Assembly: GCF_964355755.1 (NCBI RefSeq) | Contig: NC_092670.1 | Coordinates: forward strand, 38,676,388-38,740,387 | Source: Antedon mediterranea | Taxonomy: Eukaryota; Animalia; Echinodermata | Direction: 5' to 3' | Length of the DNA: 64,000 nt | Notes under the pieces: generated by a model | Told to the model about the DNA's origin: nothing | What the model saw: only the letters and a program-made list of their open reading frames with translations | Databases searched by the model: none | Shown: piece after piece, positions 39,328 to 53,471 of the stretch | Position numbering within the stretch: the first letter of the stretch is position 1 | How the letters are laid out: every line of letters starts with the position of its first letter | Position numbers and translations under genes: made by a program

Positions 39328-39928
39328 AGGTTAGGTGCGGGCAAAAAATATCTATTGGTCATACCTTCCAATAATTATCGATCTATAGTTTCCCATATGT
39401 TTCATAATTTTTTGGATTTTATTTGTTACACGAGCTTGTTGAAAATAAGCACTTTCTTGTCAGTGTGGGGGGGGGGGGGGATAGTTCAAATTACACAGTA
39501 AAATCTCAAATTTTGTAAATAGGGAGGCATTTTAAAAAGCTATAAAAAATAAACGGTGTGGTAAAAAAAATGTTATCAGATGACTAAATATAAGAAAAAT
39601 AACTTGAATTTTACATTTCTGGTAATTTTATTCAACTTCAGATTTTTATTTTCATGCTACTGTATACAGTAGCAAAAATTATCCACCGTATATCCACCAT
39701 CTTTTTTCACCTTCTAGGGAGTCACCAGACATGTTATTACATTAGGTTAATATACCTAACTACTGAAAAAAAAGTCTTCCTGGTTTTTATGGCAGAATTT
39801 TGCCAAATTTTGTATTTGACCATATTAAGGGAAATTCATGTTTTTTCGTCTTGATTTCTGTTACAAATATTTGATTTATGTAGAATTAATCAGATATTAT
39901 ATTTAAAAGTCATGCCTGTACCTGAGCT
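39328..39928. mobile_element. Possible second TTAA-flanked (Kolobok-like) element
   Basis: TTAA|AGGGTTAGGTGCGGGCA ... TGCCTGTACCTGAGCT|TTAA imperfect inverted termini. Confidence 0.4.
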
Positions 39929-40195
39929 TTAAGATGATGACGGTAGCTTTTAATTTTTGTTGCGATTAAAAGTATGAAGCATCTCTAGAGCTATCATACA
40001 CACCCCCACCACCCCCAACCATCTGCCAAAAAATTCCTTTAGCTCTTTGTACTCAATAAATTAGTGACTTTACTGTGTATGACAACCAATGAAACCCAAC
40101 CAATTTTATCTCAAAGTTTAAGCTTATGGGGCTTTACACTACACTTGTTGGTTTTGTCAACACTTATGGTGCCGTATCAACATTTGACTTATTAT

Positions 40196-41039
40196 ACTGG
40201 CATACGTTGACCTTTTGATGATCATACTTTACGACATACCAAAATATGCTGCCATACGTAAAATAAGTTAAGAGTGTAAGTTGTTATAAATTCAGAGCAT
40301 GTTGAAATACGCTGGTACACGTTGGTTGTAAGACTCATTACAGTACGTGCACATAGGCTCAAACACAGATAGGTTAGACATAGACAAAGTTTTTGGTACA
40401 TAACTTATTTGTTCTATCCTAGCCTATTTTAATATCTTAAAAATAAAATATCAAAATTATTTATATTATTTTTTTCATGCTGACAATTTCAGATATACTT
40501 TTTGTTTAGAGAACAACATTAATTATTTTGGTACGTGAACATATTGCTTAATTTTTTTAATAATGTACTGTACACGTTTATCAAAAACCATGAACCAAAT
40601 TTAATGAAGTACGTGTCTGTAAAAAAGGTGTTTACGTTTTATACGGTTTATTTCTCGACCTTAATATACTTAACTGTAGTTAATTAGATATAAACTTAAA
40701 ACTATCATAAATACAAGGACAATCATATACATTATGTAAGCTTATATATCATTATGTAAGCTTGAAACTTTAATATTCTTGTGCTCTTCTGATGCTGGTA
40801 TTGTTGGCAGACTTCATCAATTTTATTTGTTATTAGATAAGTCATTTACATACATAAAAACAAAAGAGATCCTAAATAGACCTGTAAGTAAGGCACTCCA
40901 CTTTCTTAAAATCTGTTTAGAATGATAACAAACGATAATAAACTGGCATACGTTGACCTTTTGATGATCATACTTTACGACATACCAAAATATGCTGCCA
41001 TACGTAAAATAAGTTAAGAGTGTAAGTTGTTATAAATTC
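40196..41039. repeat. Two identical 98-bp direct repeats (40196-40293, 40942-41039)
   Basis: ACTGGCATACGTTGACC...GTTGTTATAAATTC read identically at both places. Confidence 0.9.
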
Positions 41040-41368
41040 TACAGAAAACACTAAAGAAATTAGAAAAATAGGCCTAACCATTCATACTGTCTTTGAAAAT
41101 AATATTTTCAAAAATCTAATCAAATGAAGTCATGATCAGAGCAATACAATTGTTATATGATTTTTGATTTGAGATTCTTTTGATAAACTTGTACATTAAC
41201 TTAAATTAAGCAATATGTTCACGTATAAAAATAATCAATTAATGTCGTTGCCTAAACGAAAAGTATATCTGTAATTATTGATCATGATTAGTTAGAAAAG
41301 ACAGAAACAAATTGGTTATCCTTTAGTCCTAGGATGAAATTTATTTTGGTTTTGTAGGAAAATGTACA

Positions 41369-41914
41369 TTTACTGTTCCTTATTGTTGTTTACTGTTAGC
41401 AGCCTAATAGGCCTAAACCACTAATGTACAGGCAGGAAGGTTATCATTACAGTAGTTAGTTTACTGTTCCTTGTTGTTGTTTACTGTTAGCAGCCTAATA
41501 GGCCTAAACCACTAATGTACAGGCAGGAAGGTTATCATTACGGTAGTTAGTTTACTGTTCCTTGTTGTTGTTTACTGTTAGCAGCCTAATAGGCCTAAAC
41601 CACTAATGTACAGGCAGGAAGGTTATCATTACGGTAGTTAGTTTACTGTTCCTTGTTGTTGTTTACTGTTAGCAGCCTAATAGGCCTAAACCACTAATGT
41701 ACAGGCAGGAAGGTTATCATTACAGTAGTTAGTTTACTGTTCCTTGTTGTTGTTTACTGTTAGCAGCCTAATAGGCCTAAACCACTAATGTACAGGCAGG
41801 AAGGTTATCATTACGGTAGTTAGTTTACTGTTCCTTGTTGTTGTTTACTGTTAGCAGCCTAATAGGCCTAAACCACTAATGTACAGGCAGGAAGGTTATC
41901 ATTACGGTAGTTAG
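41369..41914. repeat. Minisatellite, 91 bp x 6
   Basis: Unit starts at 41369, 41460, 41551, 41642, 41733, 41824; nearly identical. Confidence 0.97.
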
Positions 41915-42496
41915 TTTTTCTACTGTAATTAACGGTAATGTAAGGAAAGAAAATCGATCATAATTAGTTAGTTTGTTTAATAATATGTAATTAACTGTAA
42001 AGCACAGAAAATCATAATTAGTTAGTTTGTTTAATAATATGTAATTAACTGTAAAGCACAGAATACCATAATTACTATTTTTTTAAATAATCTGTAATTA
42101 TCTATGATGGACAGTAATTCTCTCATCGTGGCCTAATAAAGCACCAGATGCACAAATACCATTCTTTCTTAAGAAATTAAACGCCCAATAGATTATCATT
42201 TTAATTGTTGACCATGACGACCTTGACTTACTTACTGAGGTCAAGTTCAAACCAGGTGTTGTCATTAAATGCTGGATAATAAGTAACTTTTTACACTTAG
42301 AGTTCTGGTACTGAACAGAAAACACCAATACTTTGATCTCCTGCTAAGGTTGTGAGTCTATAGTGTTTCAGCTTTCTCTACAAATTCATCAACTGTATAG
42401 TTTTTTTTTAATCGATCATTCACATTTTTCTTTTGCAAAAACTTTCAGATTCCTCTAGTAGCACTCAAATTTATCGTCAAAAAAAATCAAACAAAA

Positions 42497-45400
42497 ATGT
42501 CTGAAAATGGGAAGCCGAGACGTACCAAGAGACAGCGTACGTCTATCCCAGACAGCCCATCAGATCTTCTGCAAGAAAAGGCGGACAAATTTGGATGCAA
42601 AGTGACTGATAAGGAGTTCCCAGTCAAGATGGACTTGCAGGATCCCATGGCATTCCTACGGGAAGAATTTAAGATTCCAAAAATGAAAGGTTTACCTGAA
42701 GGTAAGTTGTTGCTGATCATCTCAGCCTCCACCTCTACGTTTGTTTAGTTATCCACGTCTGTATTGGTTTAGTTATCCACCTCTGTGTTGGTTTAGTTAT
42801 CCACCTCTGTGTTGGTTTAGTTATCCACCTCTGCGTTGGTTCAGTTATCCACCTCTGTGTTGGTTTTATTATCCACCTCTGTGTTGGTTTTATTATCCAC
42901 CTTTGTGTTGGTTTTATTGTCCACCTTTGTAAAACAAGTTAAATTTAAAGATGCATTTTTTCCTGAAAAAATAATTATGAAACATTTTTCTGTTGAATAT
43001 GCAATTTCAATGTCACATAATAGTTATCCACTTTGACAAAAAATTAGATCAAAAACAAATTTATTTACCTGTAAAAAAACTGTAATGAAACGCAAAGAAT
43101 AGTCAAGTTGGCTGCCAGCCAATGGATTTTTGGTTGAATTTAAACATTTATTTTGTCACATTGCTTGTATCTGTAGGCAAGATACTTTACTTACGTTTGC
43201 CTCTCTCCACCCAGGTGTATAAATGGGTACCCGGTTAGATCAAGACACAACTTTGCGCTGATTACTAGCTGCATTATGGAAGTATGTTTCCATACGTGTT
43301 TGATCCAAAAAAATGACTGGGGTAATAATGTTCAGCGCTTAAAGGTTTCATTACATTAGGCGCTATATAAATCTTAAAATCCAGGATATTATTATTATTA
43401 ACATTACTTTTTTTTTTCTACGGAACTGATTAACTTTATTAAAACTACAAAATAACCTAGTTAAAGTCTGATTTAATTATTCTTCATTTTTCATGTTTTT
43501 TGGGAACAATACATCTTTAAATGTGAAGTATAATACAGAATTATTAGTATCATTTTAATGTTCCCTCTGATACAGTTTAGAAGTTTTCAACCTGTAATTG
43601 ACATGACAAATGATAATACAATCCACTATCCCAATACCGGACACCTTTGGTCTGGCCTAATATGTCTGGTTTTCTGGAAAGTCTGGTATTCAGAATGTGG
43701 GTTTAATAGTAAAAATGAATTTGGGTCTGTTTGTACTTCAAGAGTTTCCGGTTTTCAGAGAGTCGGGTATTGGGAAAATCAACGTACTATTTACTGAAAA
43801 TAATAATTAACAGACAAAATGCTTAAATTTGTATTTTATCAGTGGACCTATCTTTAGTCGATGGAGAAGAAGATTGTATCTACATGTGTGGTAATTCATT
43901 AGGGTTAATGCCTAATATGGCAAGACATTATCTCAACAACGAACTGGACAAATGGTCTAATGTGTAAGTAGTGTAATTTTTTCCACTTATTATTTGTTTT
44001 AATTAGATGTTAGGGAGCTTTTGATTTGCTACGACCATTGACCTGGCTAGGTCATGTCAATCTGTGTGTCGTCGACCTAGAAACCATACAAAATCTGTCA
44101 AGAGAGTGAGGGCACACGTACGGTAAATATCGCTGCAAGCGCATAATGAATTAACATGATATAGTTGTTGTTCGTTGGTCTTCACAAATTGAAAGTTCCT
44201 TAAGTATTAAATAAGCTCATCGAGATTCAAATCAGACAGCGCCAACTAAAACTTTTCATCTGGCCTTGTTGTACGATGCTGTATGAGTTGGCCTTTAGGG
44301 ATAGAGTGAGCGCCCATTTTGCCTACTAAAACCGGCACTGAATATGATATACAGTGTTTCTAGTAATTTTTGGTAACAAAGGATTCTTGTACTACAGTGA
44401 GTGTATACATCTAAATTAGCAGCTGTTTCAAGACCTCTTGATAAGTAAACCAAATATTTAAACAAATCATACAAACAATTATGGTGAACCAGCATATGAG
44501 AAACATATTAATTTTAATAATAATGTTTATTCGGTCACCAATGAAAAATAAACAGGAGTGATTGATTGAAATATGTATTTATACTGGGTAACCTCTTCAG
44601 TCAAGGACTGGTCTCCCAGAGGGCCCAGTTGGTGATCAGTGGCTGTGATGTACTAATACACCGGGGTAACCCCCTACTCGTCTCGAAAGATGTACTAGGT
44701 TCTTTAAAGTGCACACGAGCTAGATGTGTACACTGGACCTACGGTTTATAGTCCTTATCCGAGAAGACTCGTTCTACCACCAGAACCATGGAGTGAGTGA
44801 GCCTCGAACCCCTGCCGATGTTATGGCTACGTAATTACGGTTCCACTGTCTTAACCGCTCGGCCACTCACTCACTACGAGTGAGAATAGGCTAAAGCCCA
44901 AACAGATTCTGCACTCACTCCATACAATACAAAATACAGTTAAAATTAACCATATACAAGAAAATTAAACAGTTGTAATACAAATACAGTACAACTATAC
45001 ATACTGTAACATATAAATGTTTTGTTTTTAGAGCAGCCTTAAAGATGTATTGTCCCCCTGAAAAAATAATTCTTAAAACATTTTTTGTTTAATATTCCAT
45101 TTTAAAGTAACATAATAGTTATCCACTTTGACCAAAAATTGGATCGAAAAAAAATGTATTTACCTGAAAAAAATGTAATTTAAAGCAAAAAATGGTCAAA
45201 TTGGCTGCCAGCCAAAGGAATATTGGTTGAATTTAACTATTTATTCTGTCATTTTATAAGTGAAAACATGATTTCTTTCGTTTCTTTTTCTATGGATGGA
45301 AGTGATTAACTTTATTAAAACTACAAAATAACATATTCAAAGTCTGATTTAATTAATCTTCATTTTTCATGTTTTTGGAGGACAATACATTTTTAAATAT

Positions 45401-48400
45401 TTTGAGTGTTTTCTCAGTAATTTATTTTATCTAGTTTTATTTGTTTTAGCTGAAATAATATAATAAGTCTGACCGGCATATTAAAACGTTATTTTAATGT
45501 ATTTGTTTAAAACATTCAATTAATAACTTAATATTGTGCAATTCCTGAAACGTGCTGGTATATTCTCTGAGTGGAATGAATGATGATAGTGTTTTGTCTT
45601 TTGTTAACTAATAATTAAAAATCAATTTTTAATGGAAAAAATGTAATTGATACCATACGGTGAGGTAAAAAAACAACCTTTTAATTACAACCATTATAAT
45701 TAAAGAATTTTACATTAGACATATTGTATAGTTGCTTTATAATTTTTTAGTCATTTGTAATACAATTCATTTCAGTCCTTGACTGTCGTTTTGTAATATA
45801 TTTTTATATACCAAATAAATAAATAATTAATTTTTATATGATTGTTTTTTTTTATGGATATACTATCTACTGTACCATATGTTTGTATCACTTACTGTTT
45901 TATTTATTGTATATATCATATTTAAAATTAAAGAATTTATTTTTATACGGTTAGTTTATAGTTCTAACCTGATTATTTATTTTAAATTTAAAATACCGGT
46001 AGTTGTCTACCATCTTTTGGTATTGCTATTTAAATTGAAGAATGTTGTATTAGACATATTTACATTTGCTGTATATAGTATCATATTTTAATATCTAGCT
46101 CTGTCTACACTATCAAACTAGTTTGACAAAAAAATGTGATGTGCCCAAATATGGTAGTAGTATGCTTAAATATGGTAGTGATATGACATCATCATGTCCA
46201 TATATGGGCACATTTTTTTGTCATATACAATTTAATAGTGTAGACAGCTCTAGAATAATGATGTTTTCTTGATTATGGCAGAGGTGTATATGGACATTTT
46301 ATGGGTGAACTGCCATGGACTGAATGTGATTCAAGAATACAGGGAGACATGGCCAGGATAGTGGGTAATGCTATAAATAATTAATTAATTTACAAATTAC
46401 ATATGGCTGTTAAGCTCTGTCTACACTGTCAAACTAGTGTGAAAAAAAGTGATGTGCCCAAATACGGTACTGATATGCCCATATATGGTAGTGATATGCC
46501 CAAATATGGTAGTGATATGACATCATCATGTCCATATATGGGCACATCACATTTTTTGGACACATAAAGTTTGATAGTGTAGACAGAGCTTAACAGTGGT
46601 AATGAAGTCAATAATGATGAATGCAATAATTAATAACAATAATAATATTAACATTAGATAAATCATGAATGATTCCACCAAACTTAATAATAACATTGAT
46701 ATTCACAAATAATAGAGCAAAATACAGAGTAACATAATAAATATACAACTAATAATGAACAAATTAATAATAAATGCAAGAAAGAAACATAAGTGAAAAA
46801 AGGAAATCACAGCAAAAAAGCTTCAAATTATTAAAATATTCACTAATTATAATAGTTACATTGATAATGATGATCATGATAAAGTTATACTATTATTTAA
46901 TATGGTTCATCTCTCCATCTGTCAAGCGCTGCCTTTGTACAGACAAATTCAATTATTTTAAAATTGAAAATTGCTTGTCACTTATATAAAACATAAAAAA
47001 TATGATAAAATGGTTAAAATACAAACAGTACGACGCAAAGGGGTAAAACACAAAAGCAACAAATATAAAAATTACATAAAAAGGTTTAAAACATGGTGAA
47101 AAGTCACATGGTGAAAAGTCACAGTAGGAACAACAGTACAACAGCTGTAACATTGACAGGACCAAGACCCTATTCTCAACACAAAAAGATGCACTTGGTT
47201 CTTTCAAGTGTACACATTACTGGGCCTCCGTTTTTAAATTGTTATCCAAGTGTACTAGTATACACACAACCACTGTCACACACAGACACTTATAACTCAT
47301 CATGAGGCCCCTTCATTGTCAGCATACTCTGTTTAGTATCACCCTCTATAAATAAGGTGAAATGAAAATATGACTTCTGCAACATCTGAATTATGGGAGA
47401 GGAGGCTAATTTTCTGGCTATAGGAGTCAGTTCCCATGCTTTAACCCCATAGCTACTCAACGTCTCTGTGATAGTTAAGCCTCATGATTTTATCCATATA
47501 TTTGTAGGTGCCAAGACCAGTGAAGTGGCTGTGATGAACGCACTGACTGTCAATCTCCACTTATTAATGGTGAGTTGTTATTTTTCTCAATAATTTAAGA
47601 GTTTTTTCACAAAGGTGATATGGATGTAAAGTTTTTAGTAGGTGCACTAGTGAAATTAAGAAACCAAAATCTTTATATTTTGAAAGAAATCTGTTTGAGA
47701 ATTTAAACTTTATGAATCCTCTTCTATCTTTATGTTTGAATGTTGTCTGTATACTTTTGTATTGTTTTTAAGAGATGATTCTGCCATATTATGTATGTAA
47801 TTTATGCAGTCACAGAATCAGAAAAATTTAGACATTTTTCTCAAGTTAAATATGACAATAACACCAAAAATGTAAACCAATTTGAATTAAAAAATGGTTA
47901 TTTTTTGTATTGTAGATTTCATTTTATAAACCAACAGAAACCCGGAAAAAGATCTTAGTGGAATCAAAGGCATTTCCTTCAGATCAGGTAACGATCAAAA
48001 TTGAATTAATTTAGTTTGGTGGCTTGCTTACTAATCCCAGAATTCTAGGTTTGAATCCTTGTTCCTCTAACTATTTAACTCATAATCAGAAAGTATGTTA
48101 AATGTATGTTGGCTTTCGTAGAAACAACCCACCTTTAGTATTTCCCTCTTTTTGTTCTTTCTTTTTTTCATTACTTCTTACATATAAGTTCAATTGTCTT
48201 TAATTAATGGAGTACCAGGCTCAAATCTTAATAAACAATTCTTTCTGCTCATAACAAATTTTTTGTAAATATATTTCTTTGCAGTACATGATTGAAAGCC
48301 AAATAAAACTACACGGTGGAAATCCTGAAGATTGTATCATTTATGCAAGCCCAAGAGAGGTACTGTATAAATGCTGTTAAATTTAATACTGTATATTCAA

Positions 48401-51400
48401 AATAAGGGTTTGATATTGTTCTAGGTTAGATGTACTGTCTCCAAAAAACATGAACATTGTAGTTTTAATAATATTTTTAAAAAAAATTATGGTTAAACAA
48501 ATGGTTAAATTCAACCAAAAACCCATTGGCTGGCAGCCAATTTGACTATATTTTTGTGAATAAGTGAACGATTGTTACCATCAAAATGGCATATTCAACA
48601 ACAAAAAATTGAAAAAAAAATTTTTTTTCAGGGGGACACTATATATATTTTTTTTAAATTTGCATATATGCAATATTTTGTAATTTAGTGTGTGGTTTTT
48701 TTAAACAGGGAGAAGATAGCATACGATTGGAGGATATATTGGCATTAATTGAGAAGCATGGGTCAGAGATTGCCACAATCATGTTTTGTGGTGTCCAGTA
48801 TTATACTGGTCAATTATTTGACATACAGGCCATCACGAAAGCTGGACATAGTAAGGTAGGTATCACATAGTTAATTTTATTTGTCCAAAAGGAAATTCAT
48901 GTTGACATACAATTGCTCGAAATTAGTTGAAGGTTAGTAACACAGAAAAAGACAATAATATTTGAAAAATACAACAGAGCTACAATATTACTCTGATTAA
49001 CACCTGAGTGGAATAAAAAGCCTGATTGAATGTGGAACAAAAGAATTAAGGAGACGTTTTGTTCTACCTCAAACAGTCCTTAATAACCTTCCAGATCTTA
49101 ACCATTGATAATTACTATGGAGTGAACTGAACTTTTATTGTATCTCTTTTAAATCAGAGGCCACAGTCTCAATGAGATGTGCAACAAGTTTACAATGAAA
49201 AATATATATATAGTGGTAGGCCAAACTGTTGTTTTGCTTACCAGTTTCAAGGTCCTACACTCCTTAGCTGTTGTATCAAGGTTTAACAGCAAAAGCATTG
49301 CTTTATGTCGAACGAATAAATTAGCTGAAATATAAAAAAATGAATAAATTAAAAAATATGTGGGTTGTTATGGATTTTTTTTTAACATGACCACTCTGTG
49401 CGAGTCCATAGTTAAGACGGATTTGTACATATATTTGTTTTGTTTTTTGTTTGTTTTTATATATTTAAGAAAATTTCCAAGGATAACCATAAGCGAATTC
49501 ATTCACTATCCTTCTTAAATTTATTTATTTATTTATTTATTTATTTAGGTTTAAAAACACATACAAAACAGCAGCCATTGGCTGATAACGTTTGTTTACA
49601 ATCAAAGGTGGCAATCCTGTTCACAAGACAAAACATATACACAAGATGCTCTACATAAACAAAGTCTTTTGGGAGTGGAGTTGTAATTTGTCATTAGAAA
49701 AAAATCCTGATATATGACAGGACTTGAACCCAGGACCCTTGGATTACTTTATAATTACGCATACTATACACATTCATCTGTCTGTCTATTCATTTTTTTT
49801 CTTTGCTCATTAATTTCAAGGGTTGCATCGTAGGGTTTGATCTTGCACATGCCGCTGGGAATGTGGAGCTGAATCTTCATGATTGGGATGTTGACTTTGC
49901 TGCTTGGTGTAACTATAAGGTGAGTTTTTATTTTTGTACCTGAACAAGGGTGTGTATCTGTTTTTTAATGTTGGGGTGTGTGGGGGAAGAGAGACACAGA
50001 GAATTTGAAGCAAAAGAAAAACCTGAAACAGAGTTTCTGACACTGCAGTGTGGAGTTGTTGTTTTATACCCAATTTTTGTTGTTGATGAAAAGTGGGGGA
50101 AAATTGTGAAAACATTTGATTGGTGATCAAGATAAACATTTTAGTTATGTTCATTCATTTATCAGTGGAAAATTACTTCCATTTATTGTCATTTGCATAT
50201 AAAATATACATAGACATTATGTTTGCTCTGAGATATACAAAAAGTATTGAAAGTTTATAGGCAAATATTTATGTATAAACTTGGCATTTTTCCAGCTAAT
50301 TTAATATTTCGCCAAAATGTGTTGATGTGTTATTTCTCTGCTTGTATTTGCTACAGTATATGAATGGTGGAGCTGGTTGTCTGGGCGGTGCATTCATGCA
50401 TGAAAAACATTCTCAAACCGACAAAACAAAGTAAGTATCGACATATACGTTGTTGAAATTACCAAATAAAATGTATAATGATGTGGTTTTATGTTATAAT
50501 ATAACTTTATTGTTTGAATACTGTCTACTGTACATGTATTTTTGTACATTTTTATCATAAACTGAAATGCTGCTGGTACTAAAGTTTTCACTGTTTAAAT
50601 AGTAAAAGTTAATAAAGAATTACTACATACAATAACGAGTAATTTTGTTTAGTTGAATAGCATGTTGTTTTTATAGTATGCATCTAACCCCATTGCTAGG
50701 GTTTTGTTTTCTTAAAAATACAGTAGTATTACTATTAGATTCTCCATATTATCTTTGCCAAGTTTTGTTTTGTTTTTTATATATATTTAGGCAAATTGCC
50801 AAGGATAACTATAAGCAAAACAGGTGGCAATCCTGTTAACTAGACAAATATATGCACAAAATGCTCTACATAAACGAAGTCACTTTAACTACTATGGCAA
50901 CTACACCTACCCAATATTAACCTCTATAGCACACCACCCATATTTTTCTGTTCATTGTAGATTGAATGGCTGGTGGAGTCATCGAAATGAAACAAGATTT
51001 CAAATGAGTAACAGTAAGTTGTAAATAATGTATTTAGGCATTATTTGTTTGCTTTGTTATTGTGTTTGTTTATATGTATCTGATTTTACACTAGAGCTCA
51101 ATTCTTCACATGTTCTTGTATGTGGTTGTGTATGTACTGTACAGTAAACTCTCCAAATACCAGACTCTCTGAAAACCGGAATCTCTCCCAATATGAGGTC
51201 CGAAATTCCTTTTTACAATTGTGAGTGAATGGCCGAGCGGTAGATAGTGGAACCGTAATTACGTAGCCATAACATCGGCAGGGGTTCGAGGCTCACTCAC
51301 TCCATGGTTCTGGTGGTAGAACGAGTCTTCTCGGATAAGGACTATAAACCGTAGGTCCAGTGTACACATCTAGCCTGTGTGCACTTTAAAGAACCTAGTA

Positions 51401-53471
51401 CATCTTTCGAGACGAGTAGGGAGTTACCCCGGTGTATTAGTACATCACAGCCACTGATCACCAACTGGGCCCTCTGGGAGACCAGTCTTTGACTGAAGAG
51501 GTTACCCAGTATAAATATATATTTCAATCAAATTAAAAACACATTCTGAATACCCGACTTTCCGAAAAACCAGACATATTTGGCCAGCCCTGGAAGGTGT
51601 CTGGTATTGGGATAGTTTTAGATTGTACTCAAACAGTTGTTTCAAGATTTCGCTCTGGTGGCCGGATAAATACATTTTGTACAAAACGTACGTTGATTTA
51701 TGTACAATTAACCAGATATTATATTTAAAACTAACTAGAAAGAAATACAAAAAAAATGTGAAAACAGGCAGTGCAGAGGATCAATTGTTTGCATATTATA
51801 ATAATTTAAAAAATTTAAAATTATATTTATTTTAATAATTTGTGTATTCAATAAATAAACAATTTTTTTTATTATTTTTATATAGATATAGAGCTGTCGC
51901 CTGGAATTGAGGGCTACCACATATTGTAATAATTAAAAAATGTAAAATTATATTTATTTTGAAAGCTTGTGTATTCAATATATAAAAAAATAATTCATAT
52001 TTTTATATAGATATAGAGCTGTCGCCTGGAATTGAGGGCTACCGTATTTCAAATCCCTCGATTATGGCATTAGCCCCTATTAAGGCCAGTCTTGAGGTTA
52101 GTAATTTTTTTAAAACTTTACATGCTATTTTAATAACCTTTGACCTTTTTTACAATTAAATTCCAACCACACCTGTATTTCAACCCAAATCAACATAAAA
52201 TATCCAGAATTAATTTGTAATTGTTTCTTTTCTATTTTTTTTTTTTTTTGCAGGTTTTTAATAAAACAAATATGTCGGAATGCATTGCTAAACAGGTGCT
52301 TCTAACCGGTTATTTTGAGTATTTATTAAATACGATGTTAGTTGAGAGTGTAGTGGAACAAGGAAAGCCTTACATCAAAATCCTGACACCATCTGATCCA
52401 AAGCAAAGAGGATGTCAGTTGTCGTTGATCTTCTCGATCCATGTCAATCAAGTCCAGCTAGAACTGAAAAAGAGAGGAGTTACAGTAAGTGGCTTAAAGC
52501 TCTGTCCACACTATCAAACTAGTTTGACCAAGTATGATGTGGCTAAATATGGTAGTGATATGACATCATCATGTCCATATATGGGCACATCACATTTTTT
52601 TTTTGTCACATAGATGTTTGATAGTGTAGACAGAGCTTTAGAATATTTGAAGTCAAGAGATGGTCAATAGACACAAATATGCTTGATTCACCCAAGGGTG
52701 TTTTTCGTCATGCAATGCTGCATGTAAAAAAATTTAAAAACAAAATAAAGCATTGAAAATATATACAATAATTAAGATAATTTACATCAGTAAAACTCAT
52801 TTACAGATATTTAAATTTGAAGCATTTTTGTGTCAAGGTTGTTTGAAAGTTTACAACCTTTAATGACTCAAGACTTTTCTTTTATTTTGTTAACTTTATT
52901 AGTAATGCTTGCTTGGTTCCCACTACGAAGCAACATAAGAACATAAGCACAACAAAGTTTGACCACTCCTGAGGACGATCAAAGTACATTGATTGAAACG
53001 TCGAGAAACTCAACAGTTCTTTTCAGAACTAATATACGTGGTGTACCGCAAACTTTATATCAACATTTGATTTCGCCATGCAAACCTTCAAACAATGTAA
53101 AGTTTGACCAATCACAAGCGATGGGTTATTCAAGCTTCGCTTCTGATTGGTCAACTCGCCTGCGTTATATCTACATCCTTGCGTTGCATCGTGGGAACCA
53201 TGCTTAAGTAAAACGAACAATAGCCTATAAAGTTTTGTTACAGATGCACAATGAAAACTATTCACAATGCTTTTATTACCAATTTACATATTTACTTTAC
53301 TATTTTATATTTTCTTAGAGTGATAAACGTGAACCAGACGTGCTTCGCTTTGCTCCAGTTCCTCTGTACTCGAGGTATATTGATGTTTATCGTCTTGTGT
53401 ACGCTATACAGGATGCCATGAAGGTGGCTGCGTTAAACCCAATGCCTGACATGCCTTGTGAAAACAGTTGA
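42497..53471 (+). CDS. KYNU: Kynureninase; 13 coding exons: 42497-42701, 43843-43963, 46282-46364, 47508-47569, 47916-47987, 48285-48359, 48709-48855, 49821-49919, 50357-50430, 50961-51013, 52011-52096, 52254-52484, 53319-53471
   Basis: [62 protein letters not shown] (PLP lysine), [20 protein letters not shown]; frame-compatible GT-AG introns. Confidence 0.97.
42728..42930. repeat. Minisatellite, 24 bp x ~8
   Basis: CCACCTCTGTGTTGGTTT(A/T)(G/A)TTAT tandem. Confidence 0.92.
43170..43400 (+). mobile_element. CORE-type SINE fragment inserted in a TTAA MITE
   Basis: GGCAAGATACTTTAC...GCCTCTCTCCACCCAGGTGTATAAATGGG resembles the CORE domain; tail GGCGCTATATAAAT...(ATT)n. Confidence 0.55.
44012..44202. 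mobile_element. Small inverted-repeat element (Harbinger-like MITE)
   Basis: AGGGAGCTTTTGATTTG ... CAAATTGAAAGTTCCTT imperfect TIRs. Confidence 0.5.
44560..44874 (-). mobile_element. tRNA-derived SINE with Deu/Nin-like core
   Basis: Reverse complement of 51221-51531 with few differences. Confidence 0.85.
51142..51625. mobile_element. Tc1/pogo-like MITE (TA|CAG...) interrupted by the SINE; uninterrupted inverted relative at ~43618-43786
   Basis: TA|CAGTAAACTCTCCAAATACCAGAC ... GTCTGGTATTGGGATAGTTTTAGATTG|TA; both halves match the reverse complement of 43618-43786. Confidence 0.65.
51221..51531 (+). mobile_element. tRNA-derived SINE with Deu/Nin-like core; decayed fragment also at ~30390-30645 split by a MITE
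   Basis: A box TGGCCGAGCGG, B box GGTTCGAGGC, core CGGATAAGGACTATAAACCGTAGGTCC...TAAAGAACC...GAGTAGGG...CCCCGGTGT, AT-rich tail. Confidence 0.85.

Noticed and set aside
40196-41039. TRIM/LTR element or box C/D snoRNA pair
   Set aside because: No primer-binding site, polypurine tract or TSD; second repeat does not end in CA; TGATGA is present but there is no CTGA D box in the repeat
44566-44751. Duplicated 61-aa ORF (also 51342-51527)
   Set aside because: Chance ORF in the two SINE copies
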